From Octopus sinensis (taxonomy: Eukaryota), in contig NC_042997.1 in NCBI RefSeq assembly GCF_006345805.1, forward strand, positions 14,818,001-14,882,000: a stretch of DNA of 64,000 nt, written 5' to 3'. How positions within the stretch are numbered: position 1 is the first letter of the stretch; each line of letters opens with the position of its first letter. The notes under the pieces are model-generated. The model worked only from the letters and a program-made list of their open reading frames with translations, was not told where the DNA came from and did not search any database. This document shows, piece after piece, positions 37,245-49,301 of the stretch. Made by a program: the position numbers and the translations under genes.

Positions 37245-37405
37245 CACACATTTTTTTCTCTCCTTGTTTTTCTTTCTGCTTCCCTTTCCATAGAAGAGTG
37301 TAGGCTCGAAATGTAAAAGACTTTCATTTCCTGAGCATTATACTAATACATCTGTTTGTTTTATACACCACCTGTCTTCGTCTTTTGTTTTTTTCATGAA
37401 CTCTC
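37245..37405 (+). mobile_element. Short Penelope-like remnant with degenerate hammerhead (37284-37319)
   Basis: cttt CCATAGA A GAGT-GTAG-GCTC GAA ATGT A aaag. Confidence 0.55.
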
Positions 37406-37413
37406 CCTATATA

Positions 37414-37451
<38 letters not shown>

Positions 37452-37482
37452 CATACATACATACATAAATACATGCACACAT

Positions 37483-39722
37483 GGTCGCAAGAAAAGGAAA
37501 CACCAGGACTGGTTCGACAACAATGATGAAGCGCTCAAAGAACTGATCGACCAAAAATGGAAAGCTTTCATCAGCTCACAGAATGATCCAAAGTCTGCCA
37601 CTAAACGAGAGACTTTCAAAAAGTGCAAAGCCGCAGTTCAAAGGATAACCCGTACCCTGAAGAACCAGTGGTGGAGACACAAATCTCGTGAAATCCAGCA
37701 GCTAGCAGATGTAAACGACACCAGAGAGTTCTTCAAAGCCACGAAAGAAATATACGGACCTTCCACACATGGTCAGGCTCCTCTGAAGAGTAAAGACGGA
37801 GTGACCATCCTGAAAAGCAACACCGAAATAGGAGACAGATGGAGAGAACACTTCGATGACCTCCTCAATCACAAGGCTACCATTGACAAAAGCATACTTG
37901 ACATGATTCCTAAAGAGGCCAAAGATTACTCTCTCGCTCAAATTCCATCCCTCAAAGAGGTCAAAATTGCTATCACAGCGATGAAGAACAACAAAGCTGC
38001 GGGTCCTGACGGAATCCCAGCTGAGATCTACAAACTGGGAGGTGATTTTGTCCAACACCAGCTCCACCAACTCTTGGGCAAAATCTGGACAAATGAAGTT
38101 GTACCATCCAACTTCAGGGATGCAAACATCATTACCATTTACAAATGAAAGGGCGATCATTCTGAGTGTGGAAATTACCGGGGTATTTCCTTATTAGCAA
38201 CTGCTGGGAAGATTCTTGCATGCATCCTGAACAACCGCCTCAAAACACTGTCAGAGAGGATCCTTCCTGAGATGCAGACCGGCTTTAGGCCATCACGAAG
38301 CACAACCGACATGATCTTCACGCTGCGACAGCTACAAGAAAAATGTTGTGAGCAACACCAACCACTCTATTTGGCCTTTATTGACCTATCCAAAACCTTT
38401 GATCGTGTCTCGCGAGAGCTCCTCTGGGATATTCTCGCCCAGTATGGATGCCCAGATAAGTTCATCCGGATCCTCAAACTCCTCCACGACAATATGCACG
38501 CCAGAGTCCAGACCGACGGAGGCAGTTCTGAGCCCTTTAAAGTCACCTCCGGAGTGAAGCAAGGCTGCATAATAGCGCCAACTCTCTTTACCATCTTTAT
38601 CGTGACAGTGTTGCACATCATACAAGATGACTTCCACCTGGCATCGAGATCTCGTACAGAATGGACGGCAAGCTTTTCAACCTCACTCGCCTCAAAAGTA
38701 CGTCAAAGACAATAGCGCGAAGCTTGCTAGAGTTCCAATATGCCGACAACAGTGTAGCAGCTTACAGAGAGGATCACCTCCAACAGATTCTAAATGCTTT
38801 TCATCAGGCATATACTAAACTTGGACTGAGCATCAACATCAAGAAGACTCACTTACTCTACCAACCTCCTCCCAATGCCCGTGTTGACAACCCGCCATCG
38901 ATTCAACTCGAAGGAATTCCACTGGAAAATGTGAACCATTGGGAGCCATCTGCCAGCAAAGGTAGACCTCAGCGATGAAATCCAACACTGTCTGAAGTGT
39001 GCAGGAACAGCTTTCGGCAAGCTTCGAACAAGAGTTTTTGCTGATCGGGACATCCGAACCAAAACCAAACTCATGATGTACAGGGCAGTCATTATTCCAA
39101 CCCTCCTTTACGCATCCAAAACCTGGACCCCGTATAATCACCACCTGAAAACGCTCGAGAAATTTCACCAACGCTGTCTTCGGAAGATCCTCAACATCAG
39201 CTGGGAAGACAGAAGAACAAACGTCAGCGTGCTACAAGAAGCAAAAATGACCAGCATCGAAGCCTATGTCATCAAAGGCCAACTAAGATGGAGCGGCCAC
39301 GTGGTTAGAATGACTGACAAACGACTTCTCAAACAGATCTTCTACTCCCAACTCAAAGACGCCAAGCGTACAAAAGGAGGCCAGAAGAAACGCTACAAGG
39401 ACTCCCTGAAATCGAACCTCAAAAAGTGTGACATCGACTTCACTAACTGGGAGGAAACGGCAAAAAACAGACCACTCTGGAAAACCACCATCCATGAGGG
39501 AATGGCAACTTTCGAGTCGAAAAGGTCTGCAGAGCTGGAGGAGAAAAGACAACGACGGAAGGAGCGCCAACAACAACCACGTGCGACTCTCCCTTCCGGC
39601 ACTAGATGTCCGCACTGCGACCGATCTTTTCAAGCAAGAATTGGTCTTATCGGTCACCTATGGACTCACAGTAAATTTGCGCGAAGACCATCATCCTCGA
39701 CCTTGAGGGATTGCCATCACTC
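37483..39722 (+). mobile_element. Young 5'-truncated RTE-clade LINE with 12-bp TSD
   Basis: KAAGPDGIPAE, NYRGISLL, QTGFRPSRST, FIDLSKTFDRV, GVKQGC, QYADN, LRWSGHV and C-terminal CPHC...HLWTH. TSD acatgcacacat at 37471-37482 and 39723-39734. One stop and two frameshifts. Confidence 0.95.
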
Positions 39723-39737
39723 ACATGCACACATATA

Positions 39738-40801
39738 TTGGGTCATCCCACAAATAATGTGTTTTTTTTCAATTGCATGGACTAAAAGTCAGAGGGGGAC
39801 AGGATAAACTACCTGAATTGACTTACTATAAAAGCAGGTAGTAATTTTAGCTTGGCTTATTCTTAGTGCAGGTTTTGAAGAGTGGTTTGATTTTAACAGT
39901 TATTTTTTCAAAGCTATAAAGGAAGTGACAAAGGAGCATATTTGGCATATTTTGCTGAAGGCAACAACACAACAGAAAGTGCCAGGAATATTAATACAGT
40001 ATATGGGGATTGAACAATAAGCGTAAGCTAGTGTCAACAGTGGTTCCAGAAATTCTGAGCCAGAAACTACAGCCTAGAAGATGAGCCTCATCCTGAAAGA
40101 TCTGTAGAACTCAATGAGGATGTCCTGCAAACCCTGGTGGAGCAAAATACCATCGTAACTGTTGAGGAACTAGAAGAGAAGCTCGAATTTGGTCATTCAA
40201 TCATTTATCAACACCTGTGCTAGAAGAAAAAATGACCATCTTTGATTTTAAAACAAAAGGTGTTCTTCCATCAGGATAATGTTTGACCACACACAGCAGG
40301 GATGACATCCCAAAGGCTGGAGCAGTTTGAATGGGAAACGATGCCCCACCCACCATATTTGCCAGACCTTGTCCCATCTGATTATCATTTATTCTGCAGT
40401 CTTCAAAGTAATTTGGACGGAAAAAATATGAATTCTGTAGATGAGGTCAGAACAGTACTGGAGGAGTACTTTTCATCACAGACAAGGGAATTTTGGAAAA
40501 GGGGCCTTGAAAGCCTACCAGATGAATGGAAGAGCTTGTAGAAAATGAAGGAGAGTATATTTTAGATTAAAAAAGAACTTTATTTATCTTGTAGTGTCTG
40601 GGGAGAGTCATTCTCTTTTAGTACCTTATTATTTAGCACATTCACTGGTAAAGTTTCAACTCGTTTACTTATTTATTTTTCCTAAAATTTTTGCTGCGAC
40701 TTGCAACCTTTTCAATAGTCATTGACTATTTATCTTATTTATCTTAATCTTGAAAAATAAAAGAAGTATAAAAAAACTGCATTATTTATGGGATGACCCA
40801 A
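39738..40801 (+). mobile_element. Internally deleted mariner (DD34D) with TIRs
   Basis: TA|ttgggtcatcccacaaataatg ... cattatttatgggatgacccaa|TA. Peptides HQDN and HPPYLPDLVPSDYHLF. Confidence 0.9.
40591..40726 (-). mobile_element. 136-bp Penelope-like insertion with U3:A8 hammerhead remnant, 10-bp TSD
   Basis: TSD tatttatctt at 40581-40590 and 40727-40736. Minus strand: cta TTGAAAA G GTTGC-AAGTC-GCAGC AAA AATT T tag. Confidence 0.6.
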
Positions 40802-40915
40802 TATATATATAGTTATAAAATCTCAAGAAGAGATAGAGCAGTAACTTATACTAAGCAGTAAAGCGAGTAGCCACATCTAAGTGGTAGATGAATGTTACTA
40901 GTGGTGTATTATATA

Positions 40916-41308
40916 CTAGCAGTATCGCCCGGCGTTGCTCGGGTTTGTAAGGGAAATAACTATATAAGCATTTTTAGAGATTTAAAGTATAATAGCCATC
41001 TCAATATGGCTAACCACAAAGGGGGGTGTTACTGTAGCTTTTTTACGTTCTGAGATTTAATAATACATTTTTAGAGAGTTACTTCCCTTATAATAGCAAA
41101 AAAATGCATTAAAAATGGGAAAAAATGATGGTAAATTTTTTTTAAATTGTAGACTCATCGATGATGCGCGCTAATACCCAGAAGGGCTTGATATGAATCA
41201 CGACTATAAGATACCCGCTTTTGGTTACACTGCACCGCAAAATGTGAGAGTAGTTAGGAATCTAAATCGTAGGAGACAGACACACAACTTCACTTTTATA
41301 TATAAAGA
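40916..41308 (-). mobile_element. Non-autonomous Helitron family A (393 bp)
   Basis: A|TC...CTAG|T ends. 3' hairpin cccgagcaacgccggg. No TSD. Confidence 0.9.
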
Positions 41309-41432
41309 TTAGGATGCAAAGCTTGCACCAAAAACCAGCTGGCAGAGAATCCGCCTGAGGTTAAACTAATAGTTACATTCATCAGCCACTTAGGTGTGGC
41401 TACTCGCTTTTCTGCCTATATATATGTATATA

Positions 41433-42245
41433 CTAGTTTAAGGTGACCCACTCTACGTGCGGGTGAGGGTGTGGTTGTTATTTTCTGTTGCTTCCTTTCT
41501 GTTTCTTATCGCCACATTTTCCCTCTTTGTTTCTCTCTCCTTTCTCTCTCACTTTCCCACTCTCTTACTCTTCCTTTCTCTCGGACTCTCCCTCGCTTTC
41601 TCTTACTCTCTATCTTTCTCTATCTATCTCTCTCCCATTTATAAAAAACAAAAGATCTTGAGTAAGTTGAGAAAGAAAATATTTTGAAAGATCAATCATA
41701 AATATCAGGCAGTGACAACGGAAAGCACACTTGCCTTTTGTACGTGCCACTATTTGAGTGATTAAAAGTAAGGAAAAAAAGGATTTCTTTGTTAAATTTA
41801 GTACTTATTTTGGGAATTTTTTGACGATTGACCATCCAAATGAAAGCTGCAAACACGGGCTGTAAATAATAAAAAATAAAAGGCAAAAATACGTAAAAAT
41901 GAAAAATGTTTTTCAACTTCAAAAATCTTGCCTTAATTTTCAAAATTTTGAACTCATTTTCTGCGTTTAAATTACAAATCTGCTTCCACTTTACCATGTT
42001 GAAAATTTGATTGAAATCGGGCAAAAGGTGTCCAATCTAGATCCCCAAGTGTCCCCAAAAATCAATAAAATCCCGTTTTCACAGCAAAGCAACCACTGTA
42101 GTGCCCTAAAACGTCTCCCAATCAATTTTTCACCTCAAGTTACACCACCTGTAAATTTTAATCCCCTTCCAGCCCCATTTAGACCCCTTTTTACATAAAA
42201 ATCCAATTTGTATCAACGTTCGCCTTCTTCATTTTATAGATTAGA
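41433..42245 (-). mobile_element. Non-autonomous Helitron family B (813 bp)
   Basis: Minus strand A|TCTAATCTATAAAATG ... GC-rich hairpin ... CTAG|T. Confidence 0.75.
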
Positions 42246-42433
42246 TTAAAGATAACTGCTTCTAGCCCCTACAGCAACATGTAAATTTTGGCGCCAATCT
42301 GACCCAAAATGAGACAAATAACCAAGAAATCAAACAACTTTTTCACATTTTAGTTTCATAGATATTAATATACACACACATACATATATACACATACATA
42401 TATACACATACATATATACATAAATATACATAC

Positions 42434-42630
42434 AAACTGGCACCCCATTGGTTGCGATGACAAGAGTTCCAGTTGATCCGATCAATGGAACAGCCTGCTC
42501 ATGAAACTGACGTGCAAGTGGCTGAGTACTCCACAGACACATGTACCCTTACTGTGTAGTTCTCAGGGAGGTTCAGCATGACACAGAATGTGACAAGCCT
42601 TTGAAATACAGGTACTACACACTTTTGCCA
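42434..42630 (-). mobile_element. 3' half of OR2-like SINE
   Basis: Reverse match to 45683-46012. Confidence 0.75.
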
Positions 42631-42924
42631 GGTTGGTAAGTTACAAGGACATGAACACACCAAAACTAGTTGTGGTGGTGGCGGGGGACAAACACAGACA
42701 CACACAAACATTTATATATATATATATATATATTCTACCTATTATATACATTTTTATTATCATTTTTGCAATTTACTTAGTCTTTACATTTTATTGTTAT
42801 TTTAATTTTTAATTTTCTATTATATGTAATTTTCTAGATGGTGTAATTTAATTATTCATTTTGAATTGATAAAAGGTAATTTTTTCTAAATTTTTATATA
42901 TATATATTCATATATATATGTGTG

Positions 42925-42964
<40 letters not shown>

Positions 42965-42976
<12 letters not shown>

Positions 42977-43140
42977 TATATACGATGAGCTTCTTTCAGC
43001 TTCCATCTACTAAATCCACTCAAAAGGCAATGGTCAGCCCAAGACTATACTAGAAAGCACTTGCTGAAGGTGTCACACATTGTGACTGAACCTGGAACCA
43101 TGTGAATGGGAAGCAGGCTTCTTACCACACAGCTACGCCT
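42965..43140 (-). mobile_element. 5' half of CORE-type SINE
   Basis: Reverse match to the head of 63172-63570. Confidence 0.65.
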
Positions 43141-43149
43141 GATATATAA

Positions 43150-43544
43150 TCTTTATATATAAATGTCAAGTTGTGTGTCTGTCTCCTACGATTTAGATTC
43201 CTAACTACTCCCACATTTTGCGGTGCAGTGTAACCAAAAGCGGGTGTCTTATAGTCGTGATTCATATCGAGCCCTTCTGGGTATTAGCGCGCGTCTACGA
43301 TGAGTCTACGATTTAAAAAAAATTTACCATTATTTTTTCCCATTTTTTAATGCATTTTTTTGCTATTATATAAGGGAAGTAACTCTCTAAAAATGTATTA
43401 TTAAATCTCAGAACGTAAAAAGCTACAGTAACACCTCCCTTTGTGGTTAGCCATATTGAGATGGCTATTATACTTTAGATCTCTAAAAATGCTTACATAG
43501 TTATTTCCCTTACAAACCCGAGCAACGCCGGGCGATACTGCTAG
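43150..43544 (+). mobile_element. Helitron family A (395 bp)
   Basis: A|TC...cccgagcaacgccgggcgatactgCTAG|T. Confidence 0.9.
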
Positions 43545-43799
43545 TATATCATATATTTTTTATAAATTATTTTTACATATTTATAGAAATATCGGTTTAT
43601 TGTATTATTGCTCATATATTTTTTTACACATAATTTTTCTGTATTCTACCTTCCACCCTGCATTTTTCCTGTGCATATATAGACATGAATATGAATTTTT
43701 CGTGCACGTGTGTGGATGTGTGCGTGTGTGTGTGGGGGTATGTATATATATATAGACGTGTGTGTATGCGTGCATGCGAGTATGTGCGTATATAGATGT

Positions 43800-43980
43800 G
43801 TTTTACTCTTATTGCTCCACTCTGTAGGGTGGTTAGCATTTGGAAGGGCATCCAGCTGTAAGAACTGTGCCAAAACAGACTCTGAAGCCTGGTGTTGTCT
43901 TTTGCCTAGCCAGCTCCTGTCAAACCATCCAACCCATGCCACTATGGAAAATAGATGTTAAATGATGATGGTGATAATGA
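43800..43980 (+). mobile_element. Old RTE 3'UTR copy
   Basis: ggaagggcatccagctgta ... aacccatgcc ... gatgatg. Confidence 0.7.
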
Positions 43981-44149
43981 CTGCAATCACAGCTGTATGG
44001 GCTCATGATGTTCATCAGTACACCCCAGCTCCTTAAGTTATACACTTCCTTCATTTTACACAATACTCAGGTCGCACTGTCGCCCTTTCACTTAGTTTAG
44101 GTTTAGGTTGATCTTTTTTTTTTTCTCTCTACTTTACATAGCTGTATAC

Positions 44150-44580
44150 TGATGCAGGCACAACCATGTGGTTAAAAACCTTGCTTTGTAACCACATGGT
44201 TTGGGGTTCAGTCCAAATTGTGCAGTACCTTGGATGTCTCCTATTATAATCCTAGATTAACCAATGCCTTGTGAGTGAATTTGATAGATGGAAACTGTGG
44301 AATTTAGATTTGCGTACACATGTCTGTGTGTATGTGTGTGTGTGCACATGCATGTGTCTTTACATCTGTGTTTGTGCCCACCCCCAACTTCACAACTGAT
44401 GTTATTTTGTATACATCCCCATAACTTAGCAGTTTGGCAAAAGAGACTGATAGAATAAGTACCAGTTTTTTTGTTTTTTTAATAACTACTGGATTTGATT
44501 TATTCAGCTAAAACACTTCAAGATGATGTTCCAGTGCCCCAGCATGGCTACAGTCCAATGACTGAAACAAGTAAAAAGAT
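44150..44580 (+). mobile_element. CORE-type SINE
   Basis: Head, TG tract, ccagcatggctacagtccaatgactgaaacaag tail. Confidence 0.7.
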
Positions 44581-44777
44581 AATTTAAATGCCAAAATTTT
44601 ATTTCGTTTCTATTTTGGTTCTATATTTCCTTTTCGCTTTAGTTTCATTTCATTTCTTTGATAGCGAGACAGATGACACTCAAAACTAACTCTGAGATTA
44701 AAATAAGTTTTTGCCAAATATTTTTGAGACTGAATAATAGAGTTATATAATAAGCCCATTTTTCTTTCACATACCAG

Positions 44778-45130
44778 CGTCGGCACCAGCATGGCTATGT
44801 GGTAAGATGCTTGCTTCACAACCACATGGTTCTGGGTTCAGTGCCACTGTGTGGTACCTTGGGAAAGTGTCTTCTACTATAGCCTTGAGCTGACCAAAAT
44901 ATTATGAATGGATTTGGTAGACAGAAACTGAAAAAAAGCCTGTCATATATCTATGTGATTGTGTCATTCTGTCTGTGTTTGTCCCCACCACTGCTTGATA
45001 ACCAGTGTTGGTGTGTTTGTATCCTTGTAACATAGCAGTTTGGTAAAAGAGACTGATAGAGTAAGTGCCAGGCTTAAAAAAAGAAGTACTGGGGTCGATT
45101 TATATGACTAAAAATTCAAGGTGGTGCTTA
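44778..45130 (+). mobile_element. CORE-type SINE
   Basis: ccttgggaaagtgtcttctactatagcc and aagagactgatag blocks. Confidence 0.75.
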
Positions 45131-45139
45131 TTATGCTCG

Positions 45140-45540
45140 GTGCCCAGGTACACTTCAACTCATCAGAAAAAGTAGCCAAAAGTGCATAAACAGTGTAGAG
45201 AACAATGCACAAGAAGTGGACAGTGAATGAGTCATTAAAAAAAGTGGGTGAGGATATCAGGTGTACTGTTGACAAATTTCAGGAAGCATGGAAGTTTTGA
45301 AGGATGTACATCCAAAAACAACTAAAGCAGATAGCAATTCTGAGTATGTAAAAATGTTTTCAAAAGTCATGGGTGCTGAGTTGCTTTTGATTTCGTAAGC
45401 ACGTTTATGAGTGTTAAACATATGGAATTCAAAACGATGCCCAAGGTTTTTCTGGGAAGATAGTAGATAACTTTGTGTGGGTGTCTACCAAGTCAGTTGC
45501 CAGACGCCAGACCAGGAATGTCAAATAAGTTGATTTTTCT
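45140..45540 (-). mobile_element. Old CR1 3' end
   Basis: Reverse match to 51105-51590. Confidence 0.65.
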
Positions 45541-45682
45541 GTGAGTTAAAGTGTTCAACACAAACTAAAAAGCATCTGTTACAACAATTAAAAGAAACAA
45601 AGAAAAACATCATAACCAATATAACCACTGGATCTTCAGTCCCATATGTATTGGTATATAGGATCACCCTGGATCCTGTATG

Positions 45683-46012
45683 TGAGGGCGCGTGGCTTAG
45701 TGGTTAGGGCATTCGGCTCATGATCGTAAGGTTGTGAGTTCGATTCCCGGCGACGCGTTGTGTCCTTGAGCAAGACACTTTATTTCACGTTGCTCCAGTC
45801 CACTCAGCTGGCAAAAATGAGTTGTACTTGTATTTCAAAGGGTCAGCCTTGTCACTCTCTGTGTCACGCTGATTATCCCCGAGAACTACGTTAAGGGTAC
45901 ACGTGTCTGTGGAATGCTCAGCCATTTACACGTTAATTTCACGAGCAAGCTGTTCCGTTGATCGTATCAGCTGGGACCCTCGTCGTCGTAACCGGCGGAG
46001 TCTTATTATTAA
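45683..46012 (+). mobile_element. Full-length OR2-like CORE SINE with 12-bp TSD
   Basis: A/B-box tRNA head (tggcttagtgg / gttcgattcc), CORE-like block, (tta)n tail. TSD ggatcctgtatg at 45671-45682 and 46013-46024. Confidence 0.9.
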
Positions 46013-46164
46013 GGATCCTGTATGCAAAGTTGGGCCTCCTATAAATTAACTTTATCCTTGATGCTTACCTTTTCTGGAATAATGCACAAAATAAAAATAG
46101 GCACAAAAATATGTACCAAATAAAAATCGTATGGATATTGTAGTTGTGATACCCGTGCAGGTGG

Positions 46165-46697
46165 CACGTAGGGCCTCACAGACAAAATGACGAAGACCGA
46201 GACCCCTGAGATATGCTGTGACTGTGAAGACCCGACAAATGAAATGAGTTCATGGCTCACAGGACGGCCTTGGATTGTAGAGTGACCCGCTGTTCTTGAG
46301 GAGACCTATTGAGTCAAGTACATCAACACCAAAATAAAATTCAAATGGAAATTGTAGTTAAGACACCCATGCCGGTGAAACATGTAAAAAGCACCATCCG
46401 AACATGGCGGATGCCAGTGCCGCCTGACTGGCGTCCGTGTCGGTGACATGTAAAAGCACCAACCGATCGTGGCCATTTGCCAGCCTGCTTTGGCCCCTGT
46501 GCTGGTGGCACGTAAAAAACACCCACTACACTCACGGAGTGGTTGGCATTAGGAAGGACATCCAGCTGTAGAAACACTGCTAAATCAGACTAGAGCCTGG
46601 TGCAGCCTCCATGGCTTACCAGACCCCGGTCGAACTGTCCAACCCATGCTAGCATGGAAAACGGACGTTAAATGATGATGATGATGATGATGATGAT
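46165..46697 (+). mobile_element. RTE LINE 3' end: ORF C-terminus joined to the long repeat-containing 3'UTR and (GAT)n tail
   Basis: GLTDKMT-DRD..RYAV..KTRQ-like codons precede the same 3'UTR seen in many truncated copies. Confidence 0.75.
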
Positions 46698-47289
46698 ACT
46701 CAACTGAAATTAGGGTGCATCTAATATATATGTGTGTCTTTTATGCTATCAAATGCATTAACTTTAAAGCACATATCTTACATAGAGGCATTGTGGAAAC
46801 AATGAAAGCTCCATAGTTTTCAAAGGAGAATAAAACCTAAAATTACAACAGTACTCATATATATAAGTTTGCATGTGTGAATTGTAGAGACGGGGCATCT
46901 ATGTGTGGTGGGGTGTATTTGAAAGCATTTGTTAGTCTCTCATGACCATGGTCCTGCATGGAAAGTTTTGTTTTGGTCTTGCTGACAAGGCACTGACTGC
47001 TGTGACAGGGCCTACTGCATTTGAAGGCCTTATCTACCAGTCTCATCCCGATGCTCTTTTCCATCAATTTTACCTTGTTTTTCATCAGTGAATTTGGCCA
47101 CTTCTCTCATGTTTTTAAAACCTTGTCTAGTTTTAATCTCCAGCAGAAATAATCACCAGCAATTTCCTCCCATCTTTCAATGTTCATGTAAAAAGAGTTC
47201 CAACATTTATATATATATTGAGTATTTTAGAGGTGTGGAGATGGCTTTATGCCAGATGCTGGGAGTTAAAGAATGATTGTGGGACAAGT

Positions 47290-47660
47290 ACAAGAGAAAG
47301 CTTTTGATAGAGTTTCTCACTCACTCATCTGATGATCACTGTCAAAGCGTGGAATTGATGAAGCCATGTATAGAGCTGCTGTCAGTAAGGTGAGAGTTAA
47401 TAATGAGTATAGCAATGAACTTAAAGTGCAGGTAGGAGTTCGCCAATGCTTGTTTCTCAGTCCCCTCTTATTTATCATAGTCCTTTAGGTCATAACAGAG
47501 AATTTAAGACTGGCTGCGCATGGGAACTTCTCTATGCTAATGATTTTGTTCTTATAGCTGAATCTGTAGTAGAATACAAAAAAAAAAAAAACACTTCAAG
47601 TATGGAAGCAAAACCTGGAATCAAGAGGTCTTAAAGTTAACTTAACAAAAATCAAAGTTC
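47290..47660 (+). mobile_element. Old RTE reverse-transcriptase fragment
   Basis: VGVRQ, LSPLLFI, WELLYANDFVL, GLKVNL motifs. Confidence 0.7.
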
Positions 47661-47839
47661 TACCTCTGTCAGTCTCATAAGAAAAACCATTGAAAACATG
47701 TGCTGACTTTCAAAATAGTAAAATTGTAAACAACAAATTAAATGGGTGGTTTATTAGCATTTTGAACCTAAAGGCAAAATTAATAGAGGTCACAAAAATG
47801 ACTGAAGGTACTGACGAGCATCATTATTGCTAGAAAGGA

Positions 47840-48093
47840 GAGTTAAAACAACTCAAAAGCCACAAAGCAATATCTTAATGAGAGGGAGGTAAGTCCCCAG
47901 TGTATATAGTTGGATCAATGATTTTGGATTTTGATGTAGTTCAGTTTAACCCAAGGCGTTAAGAGTCACTGATGAGGATTAGGATGGTCTACATCAAAAT
48001 CCAAATCATCGGTCTGACTATGTATACTGGGGACTTATCTCTCTTTGACAGTCATTAAGATACTGCTTTGTGGCTTTTGAGTTGTTTTAACTC
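47840..48093. repeat. Fold-back element with arms of about 100 bp
   Basis: gagttaaaacaactcaaaagccacaaagc... and its reverse complement, spacer about 48 bp. Confidence 0.85.
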
Positions 48094-48829
48094 AATAGTG
48101 GTGCCAGTCAGTACCTTCTGTCTCTTTTGTGACATCTTTCTTTCTTTCATTCTTTCCTTCTTTCTATCAGCCCCTTCACACTTTGTTCATTCCACTCTTG
48201 GTTCTTTCATTCCCTCTTTCTCACATTTCCTGGCCTTCTCTTCATGCTCACCTTCCCTCTTTCACTTCACTCTGTTTCTTTCATTTTTTTCTCACCCCTC
48301 TTTAATTCTTCTATCCTTCTACCTCTACCTCTTTCTCTTCTCTCCCTACATGACTGGTATTCAGCTAAGCCTTACTTTTCTTTCTTGGTTCGACTACCAT
48401 CCATGCAATATATATATTCCTCCTTGTGCCTGCCAAATCTTATGTCCCTGCCATAAGGCTTTACATCCACACATGCCAGCTTAATTTAATTCGTCCTTAG
48501 TCAAAAGACACCTGTTATGTCCTGTTATTTGTATTTGTGTACCATTTCTCCGTTTTTTCTGTCCTTGTTTTTATATACATTCGCTGCTTTCTTCCAAGGA
48601 ATCTAATGCTTTTAGCTTAGTTTTTCCTTGGAGCTGGCCAGATTGGAGCAATCTTGAGTATAACCAGCTGAAATTGCAAAGATAATCTGGAACTCGACTG
48701 AGGAAAGAAAACTCCAAATGACCCATCCTTGTTTTCTTTGTATCGTCTGTCTGGATATTTTTTCTCCCTTTTTTTGTATTGCCTAACTGTCTGGATGTTT
48801 TGCGTTCTTGTCCCATTTTTGTATTTTTT

Positions 48830-48975
48830 ATATCATCATCATCATCATCGTTTAACGTCCGTTTTCCATGCTAGCATGGGTTGGACGGTTCAACTGGGAT
48901 CTGGGAAGCCAGAAGGCTGCGCCAGGCCCAATCTGATCTGGCAGTGTTTCTACAGTTGGATGCCCTCCCTAACAC
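48830..48975 (-). mobile_element. Short RTE 3'UTR copy
   Basis: (cat)n-cgtttaacgtcc... Confidence 0.85.
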
Positions 48976-49301
48976 CAAACACACACATATATATAAATAT
49001 GTGTGTGTGTGTGTTATATATATATTTATTTATATAAGGATATTATTGCATACAATAATATCAAGTGGCATAGCATGCATAAAAAATACCATGTGGTAAA
49101 AAAATTATTAATCAATAATTAAAAATGCTGTAAATAGCACGAACTTTGTGAAAATGCCACTCAGTTCTCATCAGCAAGTCTTACAGACCTGAGGGTCATA
49201 GAAACTGCCTATCTCAAACAATGTGCATGATGAAAGTTTTTAATGCTATTTTCAAAATGCTGGTGTTATATGTAGCACCCTTAATTATAAATATATATAT
49301 A

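Noticed and set aside
45683-45755. tRNA-like sequences (also 58390-58462, 61977, 63172)
   Set aside because: SINE heads continuous with SINE bodies, TSDs and tails; no complete cloverleaf.
47968-48010. CTGATGA followed by a stem
   Set aside because: No GAAA after the stem and no stem I/III; part of the fold-back spacer and arm.
48500-48828. Possible further PLE terminal repeat with CTGAGGA
   Set aside because: Stems and GAAA cannot be assigned convincingly in this copy.
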